Part shown: positions 9,442-17,615 of the stretch, one piece after another
Numbering within the stretch: position 1 is the first letter of the stretch
Layout: each line of letters begins with the position of its first letter
IMG/VR virus record: IMGVR_UViG_3300028490_000394
Origin: an uncultured virus (IMG/VR IMGVR_UViG_3300028490_000394)
Lineage: Duplodnaviria > Heunggongvirae > Uroviricota > Caudoviricetes
Length of the DNA stretch: 27,558 nucleotides
Direction: 5' to 3' (one strand)
Translations under genes and position numbers: made by a program
The notes under the pieces: model-generated
The model's database searches: none
Told to the model about the DNA's origin: nothing
The model's input: only the letters and a program-made list of their open reading frames with translations

Positions 9442-9966
9442 CTATGTCATTAGCACTCCTCTTCCTGTCGCATATATCGCTTCTTTGTTTTTCATTAACT
9501 GTTGTAATATATCAATTGACATATCTAGAACTTCATTCTCCGACTTATAATTTTCAAATAGAACTTCGTCTTCGTCAAATGTTGATATACATAATCCAAC
9601 TTTATAATCAGAAATTACATTACCTGCCTCTTTTAGTTCTTCTTCTGTTGGGGCTCTATATGTTACCATTTTTACTTCTAGATCAAAATATGAATTTGTT
9701 GGCATTCTATCTTTAGGATCTTCATTTGATAACCATTCTTTAAGAGTTGACTCTACTTCTGGATATTCTTTTGATAGTTCTATCTCAAATGGTAGTTCTC
9801 CAAAGTCACTTTCAATTTCTTCATTGTATATTTTTACTTCTGATAATCTCCATTCATTATAATCATTGAACATTGGAGTACCATATACGAATCCAACTAA
9901 TCTAGTTCCCATTTTATAAAAGACCTCTCCATTTAAAGCACCTAGGTGCATTCCTACTAGTTTCAT
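9442..9966 (-). CDS. Acidic hypothetical protein
   Basis: Start moved to ATG 9966 (MKLVGMH) after AAAGGA and its own TATAAT. Confidence 0.8.
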   Translation of the reverse strand: MKLVGMHLGALNGEVFYKMGTRLVGFVYGTPMFNDYNEWRLSEVKIYNEEIESDFGELPFEIELSKEYPEVESTLKEWLSNEDPKDRMPTNSYFDLEVKMVTYRAPTEEELKEAGNVISDYKVGLCISTFDEDEVLFENYKSENEVLDMSIDILQQLMKNKEAIYATGRGVLMT

Positions 9967-10024
9967 ATTTGTTCCTTTAATTTTGTTTATATATATATTA
10001 TATCTAAATATTTTTAAAGTGAGG

Positions 10025-10504
10025 TTAGTTGGAAATATATTCTGAGATAGATATAATTGAGTTAACAACCTCAGAAGTAAAATAAATTGGCTCTTTAATG
10101 AATTCATTTTGAGTGAAAAAAGTCTTAGATATTTGAGTAGCTAGTTCTGGAGATAATAACATTGCTTCATTACGTTCTTTTTTAGAGATAGCTTGTTTGT
10201 CAGCAAAATCTTCGACAATGTAGATATTACCAAAAGAAGACATGGCATAAATAGGCATATCAGATAGAGTTAGATCTGGAGAGGTGTAAATAATATCTTT
10301 AGCCCAAAAAGATTTAGGTTTAGATAAATTACTTAAAATAAACTTAATAAAAGGCGTATGATTTTTAGCTTGTAACTCATGGATTCTAATAGATTTATCT
10401 TTTTTAACTATATCAATAAAGCTGTTAGTATAGTATCTACCTTCATAAGAGAATCCTAATTTGCGAAGAGTTTTCGTATCTGAAGTAAAAGAGTATTTAA
10501 TCAT
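10025..10504 (-). CDS. Hypothetical protein with reversed codon and strand bias
   Basis: 159 aa; AAAGG RBS; T-ending codons unlike other minus-strand genes. Confidence 0.8.
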   Translation of the reverse strand: MIKYSFTSDTKTLRKLGFSYEGRYYTNSFIDIVKKDKSIRIHELQAKNHTPFIKFILSNLSKPKSFWAKDIIYTSPDLTLSDMPIYAMSSFGNIYIVEDFADKQAISKKERNEAMLLSPELATQISKTFFTQNEFIKEPIYFTSEVVNSIISISEYISN

Positions 10505-10565
10505 AGAAAAGCCTTTTGTTTTTGTATATATATTATATCAAACAATGCCTTAGTTGTTACTTATA

Positions 10566-10595
10566 TTAATCCAATCTGTCTGTGGCCCCAGAATT
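10566..10595 (+). repeat. Dispersed repeat, copy 1
   Basis: TTAATCCAATCTGTCTGTGGCCCCAGAATT; 29/30 identical to 18911..18940. Confidence 0.9.
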
Positions 10596-10651
10596 ATTCA
10601 TTTTACTTTAAGTTTATTCTGTTATGCTATTATAAAAATAAAGGCTTTATT

Positions 10652-11083
10652 GTGAAAAAAATATTTCTATCTGATCTTTCTCAAATTATATCTTCTTTCT
10701 CTTGTACTGAGGATTCTTTTAGAGAACGTCTTCTTCAGTATCGACTTATGGGTATTCTTCCTTTTGCAGATAAAGCTGGTAAATTTTCAACCAATAATGC
10801 TATTATCTCTCAATCTGATTATCTTTTTGGGTTTTTTGACCCTGAAGACATGCAATCTGTTTGGAATTTTTCTTTTGCTGTTCAAAACAATATCCCTGTT
10901 TTTGCTTTTTATCCTGATATTACAAATATCCGTAACTTGGATCCTTTTGTTTTTGATCGCTTACAGACAATACATGTTTATTCAACTGCAGAGGGTGCTT
11001 TTAAGAGTCTTATGACTGAACTTCAGACTGAACTTGCTGAATCTGAAACTGTTTTACCAGAATTATCATTCATGCTACTTTAA
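10652..11083 (+). CDS. Degenerate NDT-fold protein (catalytic Glu position is Asn)
   Basis: KIFLS...SDYLFGFFDP...SVWNFSFAVQNNIPVFAF; GTG start. Confidence 0.6.
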   Translation: MKKIFLSDLSQIISSFSCTEDSFRERLLQYRLMGILPFADKAGKFSTNNAIISQSDYLFGFFDPEDMQSVWNFSFAVQNNIPVFAFYPDITNIRNLDPFVFDRLQTIHVYSTAEGAFKSLMTELQTELAESETVLPELSFMLL

Positions 11084-11123
11084 GTCTCTTCTGATATACT
11101 TCATTAAAAACAAAGGATTTACT

Positions 11124-11684
11124 ATGCACAAAATATTTTTATCTGGTGTTGACCAAATTAACTCTTGCTTCTGTTGTAATCTAGCAGCTCTGTCTGACAA
11201 GCTTTCTGAAAAAAACTTTAAAGCTATTATACCTACTGAACTTGATAGGGTTTTAGCTATTCAAAATTTTTCTGAAAACAATGAACTTATTCTTGCTTCT
11301 GATTTTGTACTTGCTTACTTTGACCCTTCTAAAATAGAGTCTGTCTGGGAAATCTTATTTGCTATTGAAAATGATATTTCTGTCTTTCTCTTTAACTTCG
11401 ATATTTCTGAGTGTCAAACCTCTGTTAAAGATCCCTTTTTACTTAAAATACTTAAAAGTATCCCGGTTTATTCTTCTGCTGAAGAAGCTTTTTGTAAGCT
11501 GCAGGTTGAATTTCAGAATAGAATGATTAATGAGCTTGCTAAAGCTGAAGCTGTTATTCTTGAAAAAGAAAATCTTGAATCTAATTGTTCTGTTTTTATT
11601 CCTAATGAAAAATTTGCTAAAGAAATCCTTGATTCTCAAAACTTTATAAAAGACTTTCCTTCTATTCAAGCTAAGTTTATTTAA
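11124..11684 (+). CDS. Degenerate NDT-fold protein, paralogue of 10652..11083
   Basis: Start ATG 11124; KIFLSG...SDFVLAYFDP...SVWEILFAIENDISVF...VYSSAEEAF. Confidence 0.65.
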   Translation: MHKIFLSGVDQINSCFCCNLAALSDKLSEKNFKAIIPTELDRVLAIQNFSENNELILASDFVLAYFDPSKIESVWEILFAIENDISVFLFNFDISECQTSVKDPFLLKILKSIPVYSSAEEAFCKLQVEFQNRMINELAKAEAVILEKENLESNCSVFIPNEKFAKEILDSQNFIKDFPSIQAKFI

Positions 11685-11687
11685 CTT

Positions 11688-11708
11688 TACACCCCATGAA
11701 AGGGTGTA
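11688..11708. terminator. Hairpin between convergent genes
   Basis: TACACCC-N7-GGGTGTA. Confidence 0.55.
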
Positions 11709-11715
11709 GGTATTC

Positions 11716-12321
11716 TTAGCAGCCTGTGCCAAGTCGACTTTTCTCTTTAGCTGATTCCTCTGCTTCTCTGATCTTCATTTCTTGAATATCTTGGAAAAAT
11801 TTTTGTCTTGTAAATAATGCTTTTGCTGTTGCAACATTATTATCCGCGTCTATCACCATTAAGTGATATAAAAAACCCGGATCGTTATGTGTTGTGCATT
11901 CACCTTGTTTATAATAGTACACTGTACTACCTGGTTCACAATATGGAACTATATCTTTTAGTTCATAAATTTTTGCTATTCCTGAAAATCTTCTACCATT
12001 TTTTGATTCACCCTCTTCAGAGATATTGTTTTTTGATAACAATTCTTCTCTTTCTTTGGGACTAAATTCTCTTTGTAGATTTACCAGCTTTACACCTTTT
12101 GCTCTTTTCCAAGCATTGTTACAGGCGTCACCTAGTACATTTAAATTTCCGTCGGTTGTTGCAATATATGCTGCTAAATATGCTCCACTTAAAATAATTG
12201 CTATTACTAATAGAAGTAGTGAGCCCTTACTTGGACCATTTACTGCCATTATTGTAAATGCGATTATTGCTAACACTTTAATTAGCTCTGCTAATCCTTT
12301 GATTAAGTTTTCTAAATTCAT
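11716..12321 (-). CDS. Membrane protein (two N-terminal TMs)
   Basis: 201 aa; AAGGA RBS. Confidence 0.8.
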   Translation of the reverse strand: MNLENLIKGLAELIKVLAIIAFTIMAVNGPSKGSLLLLVIAIILSGAYLAAYIATTDGNLNVLGDACNNAWKRAKGVKLVNLQREFSPKEREELLSKNNISEEGESKNGRRFSGIAKIYELKDIVPYCEPGSTVYYYKQGECTTHNDPGFLYHLMVIDADNNVATAKALFTRQKFFQDIQEMKIREAEESAKEKSRLGTGC

Positions 12322-12331
12322 TCTTTTTCCT

Positions 12332-13492
12332 TTATAGTGCTTTAATGCACAATTGTAGAAGCTCCGTTATGGCGCTCATTTCTTCCCACTCACTTACATA
12401 GTTACTTCTTTTTCTACTAAACAAAATGAAATTACTTACGCCTTTCGCGTCAACTAATTCTGCTTTAATTCTTTCATAGTCTGATAAAGTATTGCATTTT
12501 GTTCTTGAATAAGTCATGTCTTCTATGGTCAGTAGTTCTTTTTCAATATCAATAAAGAAGTAGTTTGATTTATCTATCACTTCTTTTGGAATTTCCACTC
12601 CACTGACAAATAAACTTCCTTCTATGTTCTCAATTACAACCTCTGTTTCAAGATTGATAATATCTTCAATTTTTTGAATCTGACGATATGCTTTTATCCA
12701 AGCTTTAATTGGACTAACGTCCACTCTTCTAATTAAGCCTTCTTTTGTTGTATGTACTTTGAACGACCTTCCATGAATAAAGATAAACTCTTCTTTCATG
12801 TTTGTAAAGGTTATATCTAGATTCAATGCTCTTGTTTCTAGATTCAATGTTCCCATTGTATCTGTGTAGTTTCCATTCTTCTCAATACCTATGTATTTTA
12901 CTACTGGTACACTAAATGGATCTGTTTCACCTGGCTTGTATACACCGTCTTTTTTTAACTCATATTTTTCAATGAATTTTGTGACAATGTTTTCGTCCCA
13001 GTATTTGTCTTCAATGTTTTCTGAACATATCAAACCTTCACTATCTCTGATCTCTACAAAAATATCATACTCTATACCCCAATTTGTATTCACTCTATGT
13101 TTTCTAATGTTTTTTAGAATTAGTGAAATTTTAAAACCGGCATATTCAAATACAATGTATTCTGAATCTGATTCTTTTGCTATCTGATCTAAAGTTTCTT
13201 GATCGTAATATTGAGAACCATAGCATGGTTTAATTCTAAATAAAAACCTTCTTTTTGTTCCATTATGATCAATTGCTTCTTTCATTCCAAACTTACCAAC
13301 TGTACAATGTTCAGCTTTACCTTCATAGGAAACGCTTGCATGCACTCTGGTTAGTTTATCGTCGTCTATTTTTGGTATTTCTCCATAGAAAGATATTCTT
13401 CTAAATACTTCCTTTACTTTTTCTATTGCCTCGTAAGCTGTCTGTCTCGTTGTTCTAACATTGTAGAACCCTTTTCTATCATATGGATACAT
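12332..13492 (-). CDS. Hypothetical multi-domain protein
   Basis: 386 aa; AAGGA RBS. Confidence 0.85.
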   Translation of the reverse strand: MYPYDRKGFYNVRTTRQTAYEAIEKVKEVFRRISFYGEIPKIDDDKLTRVHASVSYEGKAEHCTVGKFGMKEAIDHNGTKRRFLFRIKPCYGSQYYDQETLDQIAKESDSEYIVFEYAGFKISLILKNIRKHRVNTNWGIEYDIFVEIRDSEGLICSENIEDKYWDENIVTKFIEKYELKKDGVYKPGETDPFSVPVVKYIGIEKNGNYTDTMGTLNLETRALNLDITFTNMKEEFIFIHGRSFKVHTTKEGLIRRVDVSPIKAWIKAYRQIQKIEDIINLETEVVIENIEGSLFVSGVEIPKEVIDKSNYFFIDIEKELLTIEDMTYSRTKCNTLSDYERIKAELVDAKGVSNFILFSRKRSNYVSEWEEMSAITELLQLCIKAL

Positions 13493-13556
13493 GATAATCC
13501 TTTGTATAATTTTCTGTATTTTTAACGTACAGTTAAACTTGTTATAGGATTATTAA

Positions 13557-14033
13557 CTACTTTATTGCTGTTATCTGTTGTATTACTCCACCTCTATTTA
13601 GGCAGTTTGATATCCAATATCCTTGATATTTAGACCCGTCCAATGTTAATAAGTCTTTATCAAATATATATATTGATTGGCACTTTTCTTGTAATGCTGT
13701 GCTTCTTGAGGAAAAATACAATATTTTATCTTTTGATATATTTATATTTATCCCTGTATTGCTCGCATTTTTACATGCACCATTTATTGCATTTACCTGG
13801 TATCCAAATACATTCCCTGGCACGTCTGTGCAACTACCTGTTAGATTTGCTCCTGTTAATTTCGTATGCTCCTGAAATATTGATATTGAAGCTAACTTAA
13901 TATCGTTTTTCATTGCTGTTATCTTTGCTGCTCTAGTTGAATCATTAAGCTTTGAAATAGCAAAGCCTGCTAAGATTGAGATAATTGCCATTACAAATAA
14001 TAACTCTACTAATGTGAACGCCTTTCTTTTCAT
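13557..14033 (-). CDS. Prepilin-type N-terminal cleavage/methylation protein (type IV pilin or pseudopilin)
   Basis: MKRKA|FTLVELLFVMAIISILAGFAI with E5; four Cys in the head domain. Confidence 0.9.
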   Translation of the reverse strand: MKRKAFTLVELLFVMAIISILAGFAISKLNDSTRAAKITAMKNDIKLASISIFQEHTKLTGANLTGSCTDVPGNVFGYQVNAINGACKNASNTGININISKDKILYFSSRSTALQEKCQSIYIFDKDLLTLDGSKYQGYWISNCLNRGGVIQQITAIK

Positions 14034-14114
14034 GTTTACTCCTAATTTTCTTTTCTCTTATTTTGACATATTTATCATTATTATTTTGTTATACTGAAAT
14101 AAAAGAGGTTAATT

Positions 14115-14660
14115 ATGAAAAATAGAAAAGGACTTACTTTAGCAGAAGCTATTGTATATATTTGTATCATTAGTTTTATTGCTGGAAAGTTTACTGAAAA
14201 CTCCACTACTTTAAACACTGAAACCTCTGTTAAATCTAGCACACCTATTATAAAATCTAATGCTGCTGTAACAAAACCTAAAGCAATTGAAAAAGTAATA
14301 TCTATTGAAAGTTCTGATAGTTATGAACTTCGTCTTTTCATGGAAAGAAAGGTTTCTCAATTATTTGATAGTAGCGAAGAACCCACTACATTTTATACTC
14401 ACTGGTTGAATAAAGAGGGACATGCTATCCTTGCTTTAATGGTTGCTGACGACGGCTCTAGAAGAGAAGGTTATGCAGGTTATGTTTGCTTAACTATTAA
14501 CGAACCAGAGTTTAAAGGTGTTTTTGGTAACTCTTCTGAAATTGTTATTGCTATTCTTGATATTAATGAACCTAGTCGAATTTTAGGTCAAATAGATTGT
14601 ATTCCTCAAACTCCTACAGAAGTTAAACTTGTAAATGGAAAATTTGTTGAGGTTAGATAA
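14115..14660 (+). CDS. Prepilin-like membrane-anchored protein
   Basis: RKG|LTLAEAIVYICIISFIAG class III-like signal followed by a Thr/Ser-rich linker. Confidence 0.6.
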   Translation: MKNRKGLTLAEAIVYICIISFIAGKFTENSTTLNTETSVKSSTPIIKSNAAVTKPKAIEKVISIESSDSYELRLFMERKVSQLFDSSEEPTTFYTHWLNKEGHAILALMVADDGSRREGYAGYVCLTINEPEFKGVFGNSSEIVIAILDINEPSRILGQIDCIPQTPTEVKLVNGKFVEVR

Positions 14661-14771
14661 GCAACCTCTAAGCAAACCCCTGTTATAATTCTCTTATCCT
14701 GTAGTTAGGATTCAAACCTAACTACCGGTTTGTCTTTTTCCTATAGAGAAAACAAACCAAGGAAACCTGCA

Positions 14772-15638
14772 ATGAACACTTTTCAACAACTTGATACCTT
14801 TCTTATCAATAAATTTAACCCTTCGACATATGACTTTGAGTCATGTGTTCTAGATAATCTTGATATCTCTTTTTTTCAATTTCAAGATTTCTTAGCTGAC
14901 GAGGACGAATCTCTTTCTATTATCTCTTTTCTATTTTACAATGGTCGTGAGTTCAATAAACTTGCACCAGCTTTAAAAGAATTCTTTGATAACTTATCTT
15001 TAAAAGACGCTGCAGTACTTTCTGCTGAAGAAGCTTATTCTATTCTTAATATCTTTTACTATGGCATTCGAGACCTTTTCCCTGATATATTTGATCTCTT
15101 TGATTATGAATTTACTGTAAATGTATATGGTCGTAATGTTGCTTCTGATTTTAAGCTTAAAGATCCTTTTTATACTTTTCCTGAACTAGACAGAGCTAGA
15201 CAATTACAAAAACTATTTAAACTATCTAATAATCAACTTCTTTTGGCCCTAGAAGCCGACTTTAGTGATTTCGCGACATATGCCATAGGTGATTGGAACG
15301 GAGACCTTCAAGAGGAATATATGGAGTATTTTGAAGATTTTCTTAAACCTGCTATTTTAGCTGGTGAAAAAGATTTAGATATTTACAACCAGATCGTAGA
15401 ATTAGAAAGTTTTGCTCGTACAGTTACTGAATGTTCTCAGTCTCTCTCTGATCTTGATCAAATTGATTGTACAAGCAGCTCGTCTATGCAGCGTACTGTT
15501 TCTTCTATGAAGCATGAAATTGAATCAAAATTGAATAATATTCCGTCTAAATATAGAGACACTACTGTTATTCATGATAAAATTAACTCTTTGAGATTAG
15601 ATATTGTTTCTATTCACTCAGTAGTACAAAAAATTTAA
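14772..15638 (+). CDS. Acidic helical hypothetical protein
   Basis: Start moved to ATG 14772 after AAGGA. Confidence 0.8.
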   Translation: MNTFQQLDTFLINKFNPSTYDFESCVLDNLDISFFQFQDFLADEDESLSIISFLFYNGREFNKLAPALKEFFDNLSLKDAAVLSAEEAYSILNIFYYGIRDLFPDIFDLFDYEFTVNVYGRNVASDFKLKDPFYTFPELDRARQLQKLFKLSNNQLLLALEADFSDFATYAIGDWNGDLQEEYMEYFEDFLKPAILAGEKDLDIYNQIVELESFARTVTECSQSLSDLDQIDCTSSSSMQRTVSSMKHEIESKLNNIPSKYRDTTVIHDKINSLRLDIVSIHSVVQKI

Positions 15639-15732
15639 AGTATAGATAGATATACTTTAACATATCAATAATGCTATTAGGGATAATATATTATCCCTTA
15701 GTTTCATAAGTACAAAAAAATAAAGGATTTAC

Positions 15733-15951
15733 ATGTTACTTAAATATTACTGCAGCGCATGCCAACATATGCATATCCAAAACTTTAAACAAGGGCAATA
15801 TATGCTTCAAGGGGCTCATGAAATTGATTGTCCTTATACTGGTAGAGAGGTTTGTGAGGAATTAGTTATTGCTACTGATACTGAATATGAAGTTTACCAG
15901 TCTCTACTTCTTGAGAAAGAAGCTATCATGAAGAAGCTAGAGTCTATTTAG
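15733..15951 (+). CDS. Small Zn-ribbon-like protein
   Basis: CSAC.H...CP.....C; AAGGA RBS. Confidence 0.7.
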   Translation: MLLKYYCSACQHMHIQNFKQGQYMLQGAHEIDCPYTGREVCEELVIATDTEYEVYQSLLLEKEAIMKKLESI

Positions 15952-16398
15952 TTATTCTGCGAAAATAAGGTGTCCATAACTTGAATTGAAAAATGCTCTT
16001 GGTGCATAAAAACCTGTTGAGGCACCTTTTACTTCACTATTATAAACATTTACGTTAAATACTTTTTCCGGAGGAGTACCTAATGTTTGTGAACTCATTG
16101 CTATTTTATTTCCTTTTGACATTGGAATTTTATAATTTGTTCCATTTACTGTTACCGTTACTATACCATTCGCGTCTGGACTTACTATTCCATATAATGT
16201 TGCATATGTATTGTGATCTAAATGTATCTGATTTTGAATATTTATTGCTGTTCTCGCGTCTTGTTTCATTGAGGCAATTAATGCTATTCTTGTTGAATCA
16301 TTAAGATTTGCAATTGCAAATCCTGCCAAGATTGAGATAATTGCCATTACAAATAGTAATTCTACTAATGTGAAGGCTTTTTTGATTGTTCTTTTCAT
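15952..16398 (-). CDS. Prepilin-type protein (type IV pilin or pseudopilin)
   Basis: KKA|FTLVELLFVMAIISILAGFAI..LNDSTR, near-identical N-terminus to 13557..14033. Confidence 0.9.
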   Translation of the reverse strand: MKRTIKKAFTLVELLFVMAIISILAGFAIANLNDSTRIALIASMKQDARTAINIQNQIHLDHNTYATLYGIVSPDANGIVTVTVNGTNYKIPMSKGNKIAMSSQTLGTPPEKVFNVNVYNSEVKGASTGFYAPRAFFNSSYGHLIFAE

Positions 16399-16445
16399 AA
16401 AAACTCCTTTATCTTAAATATAAAGAGTTTAAAAAAAATCGGATA

Positions 16446-16694
16446 TTAAACAGAGACCGGGCCTAGATTATATGGTTTTTCTTTTTTCTTTGAGTTCTTT
16501 TTATCTTCATAGTATTTTACGGTAAATTTAAACGTTAGTACTACCCAAATAATAAAAAGGATCCCTGTTACTATCATTACCTGTAAACTAAATATTTTTA
16601 TATCGTATTTTGGAAATATACTCATTGCTGAAATCCAACCTATCATTATAAAGTTCATTGTGTGAAATAGTATTTTTAAAAGTTTGTAGGACAT
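16446..16694 (-). CDS. Small two-TM membrane protein
   Basis: 82 aa, AGGAG RBS; directly downstream of the ncRNA array on the same strand. Confidence 0.7.
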   Translation of the reverse strand: MSYKLLKILFHTMNFIMIGWISAMSIFPKYDIKIFSLQVMIVTGILFIIWVVLTFKFTVKYYEDKKNSKKKEKPYNLGPVSV

Positions 16695-16780
16695 GTTTTC
16701 TCCTGAAGTTAGTTACCCTCATACTTATTACATAATACAGGATATGCTCCTGTGGTGCAAAAAGCTTTTGGGTAATTTAG

Positions 16781-16849
16781 TGCTTAATAATGGACTCGAA
16801 CCACTGACCAACCTATAAAGGCGCGCTCTACCAACTGAGCTAATTAAAC
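16781..16849 (-). ncRNA. tRNA-like RNA 1, collapsed anticodon arm
   Basis: GTTTAAT/ATTAAGC-A acceptor, GCTC-AGTTGGTA-GAGC D arm, AGTGG-TTCGAGT-CCATT T arm; anticodon arm GCCT-TTAT-AGGT. Confidence 0.85.
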
Positions 16850-16939
16850 ATATTTACATAATCTTAACTTAGTACTTCGAAATTCGCCGTTTCTTCCTAA
16901 ATTAAGACCATTAGAGGTATTTCAATGGATATTGAATTT

Positions 16940-17016
16940 TGGTGCCGGTTACTGGACTTGAACCAATGACCTTCCAGAGTCACCCCTGGCTGCTCTATTC
17001 GCTGAGCTAAACCGGC
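16940..17016 (-). ncRNA. tRNA-like RNA 2, GNRA-capped anticodon arm, encoded CCA
   Basis: GCCGGTT/AACCGGC-A-CCA; D and T arms intact; CCAGGG-GTGA-CTCTGG in place of a 7-nt loop. Confidence 0.85.
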
Positions 17017-17022
17017 ATTCGT

Positions 17023-17175
17023 GCTACAACATTACATTATCTAACCCTGTACAGTGCTAGATACGTAATTTTGCCTATGACCTAGTTCAGTAGGTTCATA
17101 GGTCCTTATTTCATAAAGTCTGAACACATGAAGCTGTAGCTATAAACTATCCAATGATAACTTATAGCTAAAGTC
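17023..17175 (-). ncRNA. Structured repeat RNA, unit 1
   Basis: Hairpin 17137-17170; closing stem GCTACAGC/GTTGTAGC; loops GTTCAG and CTGAAC are complementary. Confidence 0.75.
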
Positions 17176-17186
17176 TCTGTTTTTTT

Positions 17187-17285
17187 TGCCTGGAAAGGGA
17201 TTCGAACCCCTGACCTGTATCCTTTCATTAAGCTACTTTATTCACTTAACTCCTGGCTCCGCTCTCCCGCTGAGCTATCGCAGAC
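17187..17285 (-). ncRNA. tRNA-like RNA 3, anticodon arm replaced by a ~43-nt insert
   Basis: GTCTG(C)GA/TCCAGGC-A; GCTC-AGCGGGA-GAGC; AGGGG-TTCGAAT-CCCTT; insert contains a TTAAGT/GCTTAA stem. Confidence 0.8.
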
Positions 17286-17293
17286 ATATTTGA

Positions 17294-17450
17294 GTTACAA
17301 CTAACCTTGATTAATCTCAGTTTATTTAGACTGTAAAATAAGTAAGTATATTACCGTCTTTTATTTCGTATATAGGTCTTACTCCTATTGAATTATCATT
17401 CTACGAAGCTGTAACAATAAAGTATCCAATGATAACTTATTGTTAAAGCC
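17294..17450 (-). ncRNA. Structured repeat RNA, unit 2
   Basis: Hairpin 17412-17445; GTTACAGC/GTTGTAAC; loops AGTAAG and CTTACT. Confidence 0.75.
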
Positions 17451-17454
17451 TATA

Positions 17455-17611
17455 CTGTTACAGTCAATCCAGATTTTGCTCCTCCAGATTAAACTTTTGT
17501 CCGAATGTAAATAAGTACACTCTTTTGAAGACTTAAGATCCTTTTATAGTCTTATTCCTATTTTAGAAACTGTAACAGTAAACTATCCTATGATAACTTA
17601 ATGTTAGAGTC
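17455..17611 (-). ncRNA. Structured repeat RNA, unit 3
   Basis: Hairpin 17573-17606; CTGTTACAGT/ACTGTAACAG; loops AATAAG and CTTATT. Confidence 0.75.
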
Positions 17612-17615
17612 TTTT

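Noticed and set aside
17215..17260. Group I intron or BHB intron in tRNA-like RNA 3
   Set aside because: The insert is far too short for group I, and removing it does not obviously restore an anticodon stem.
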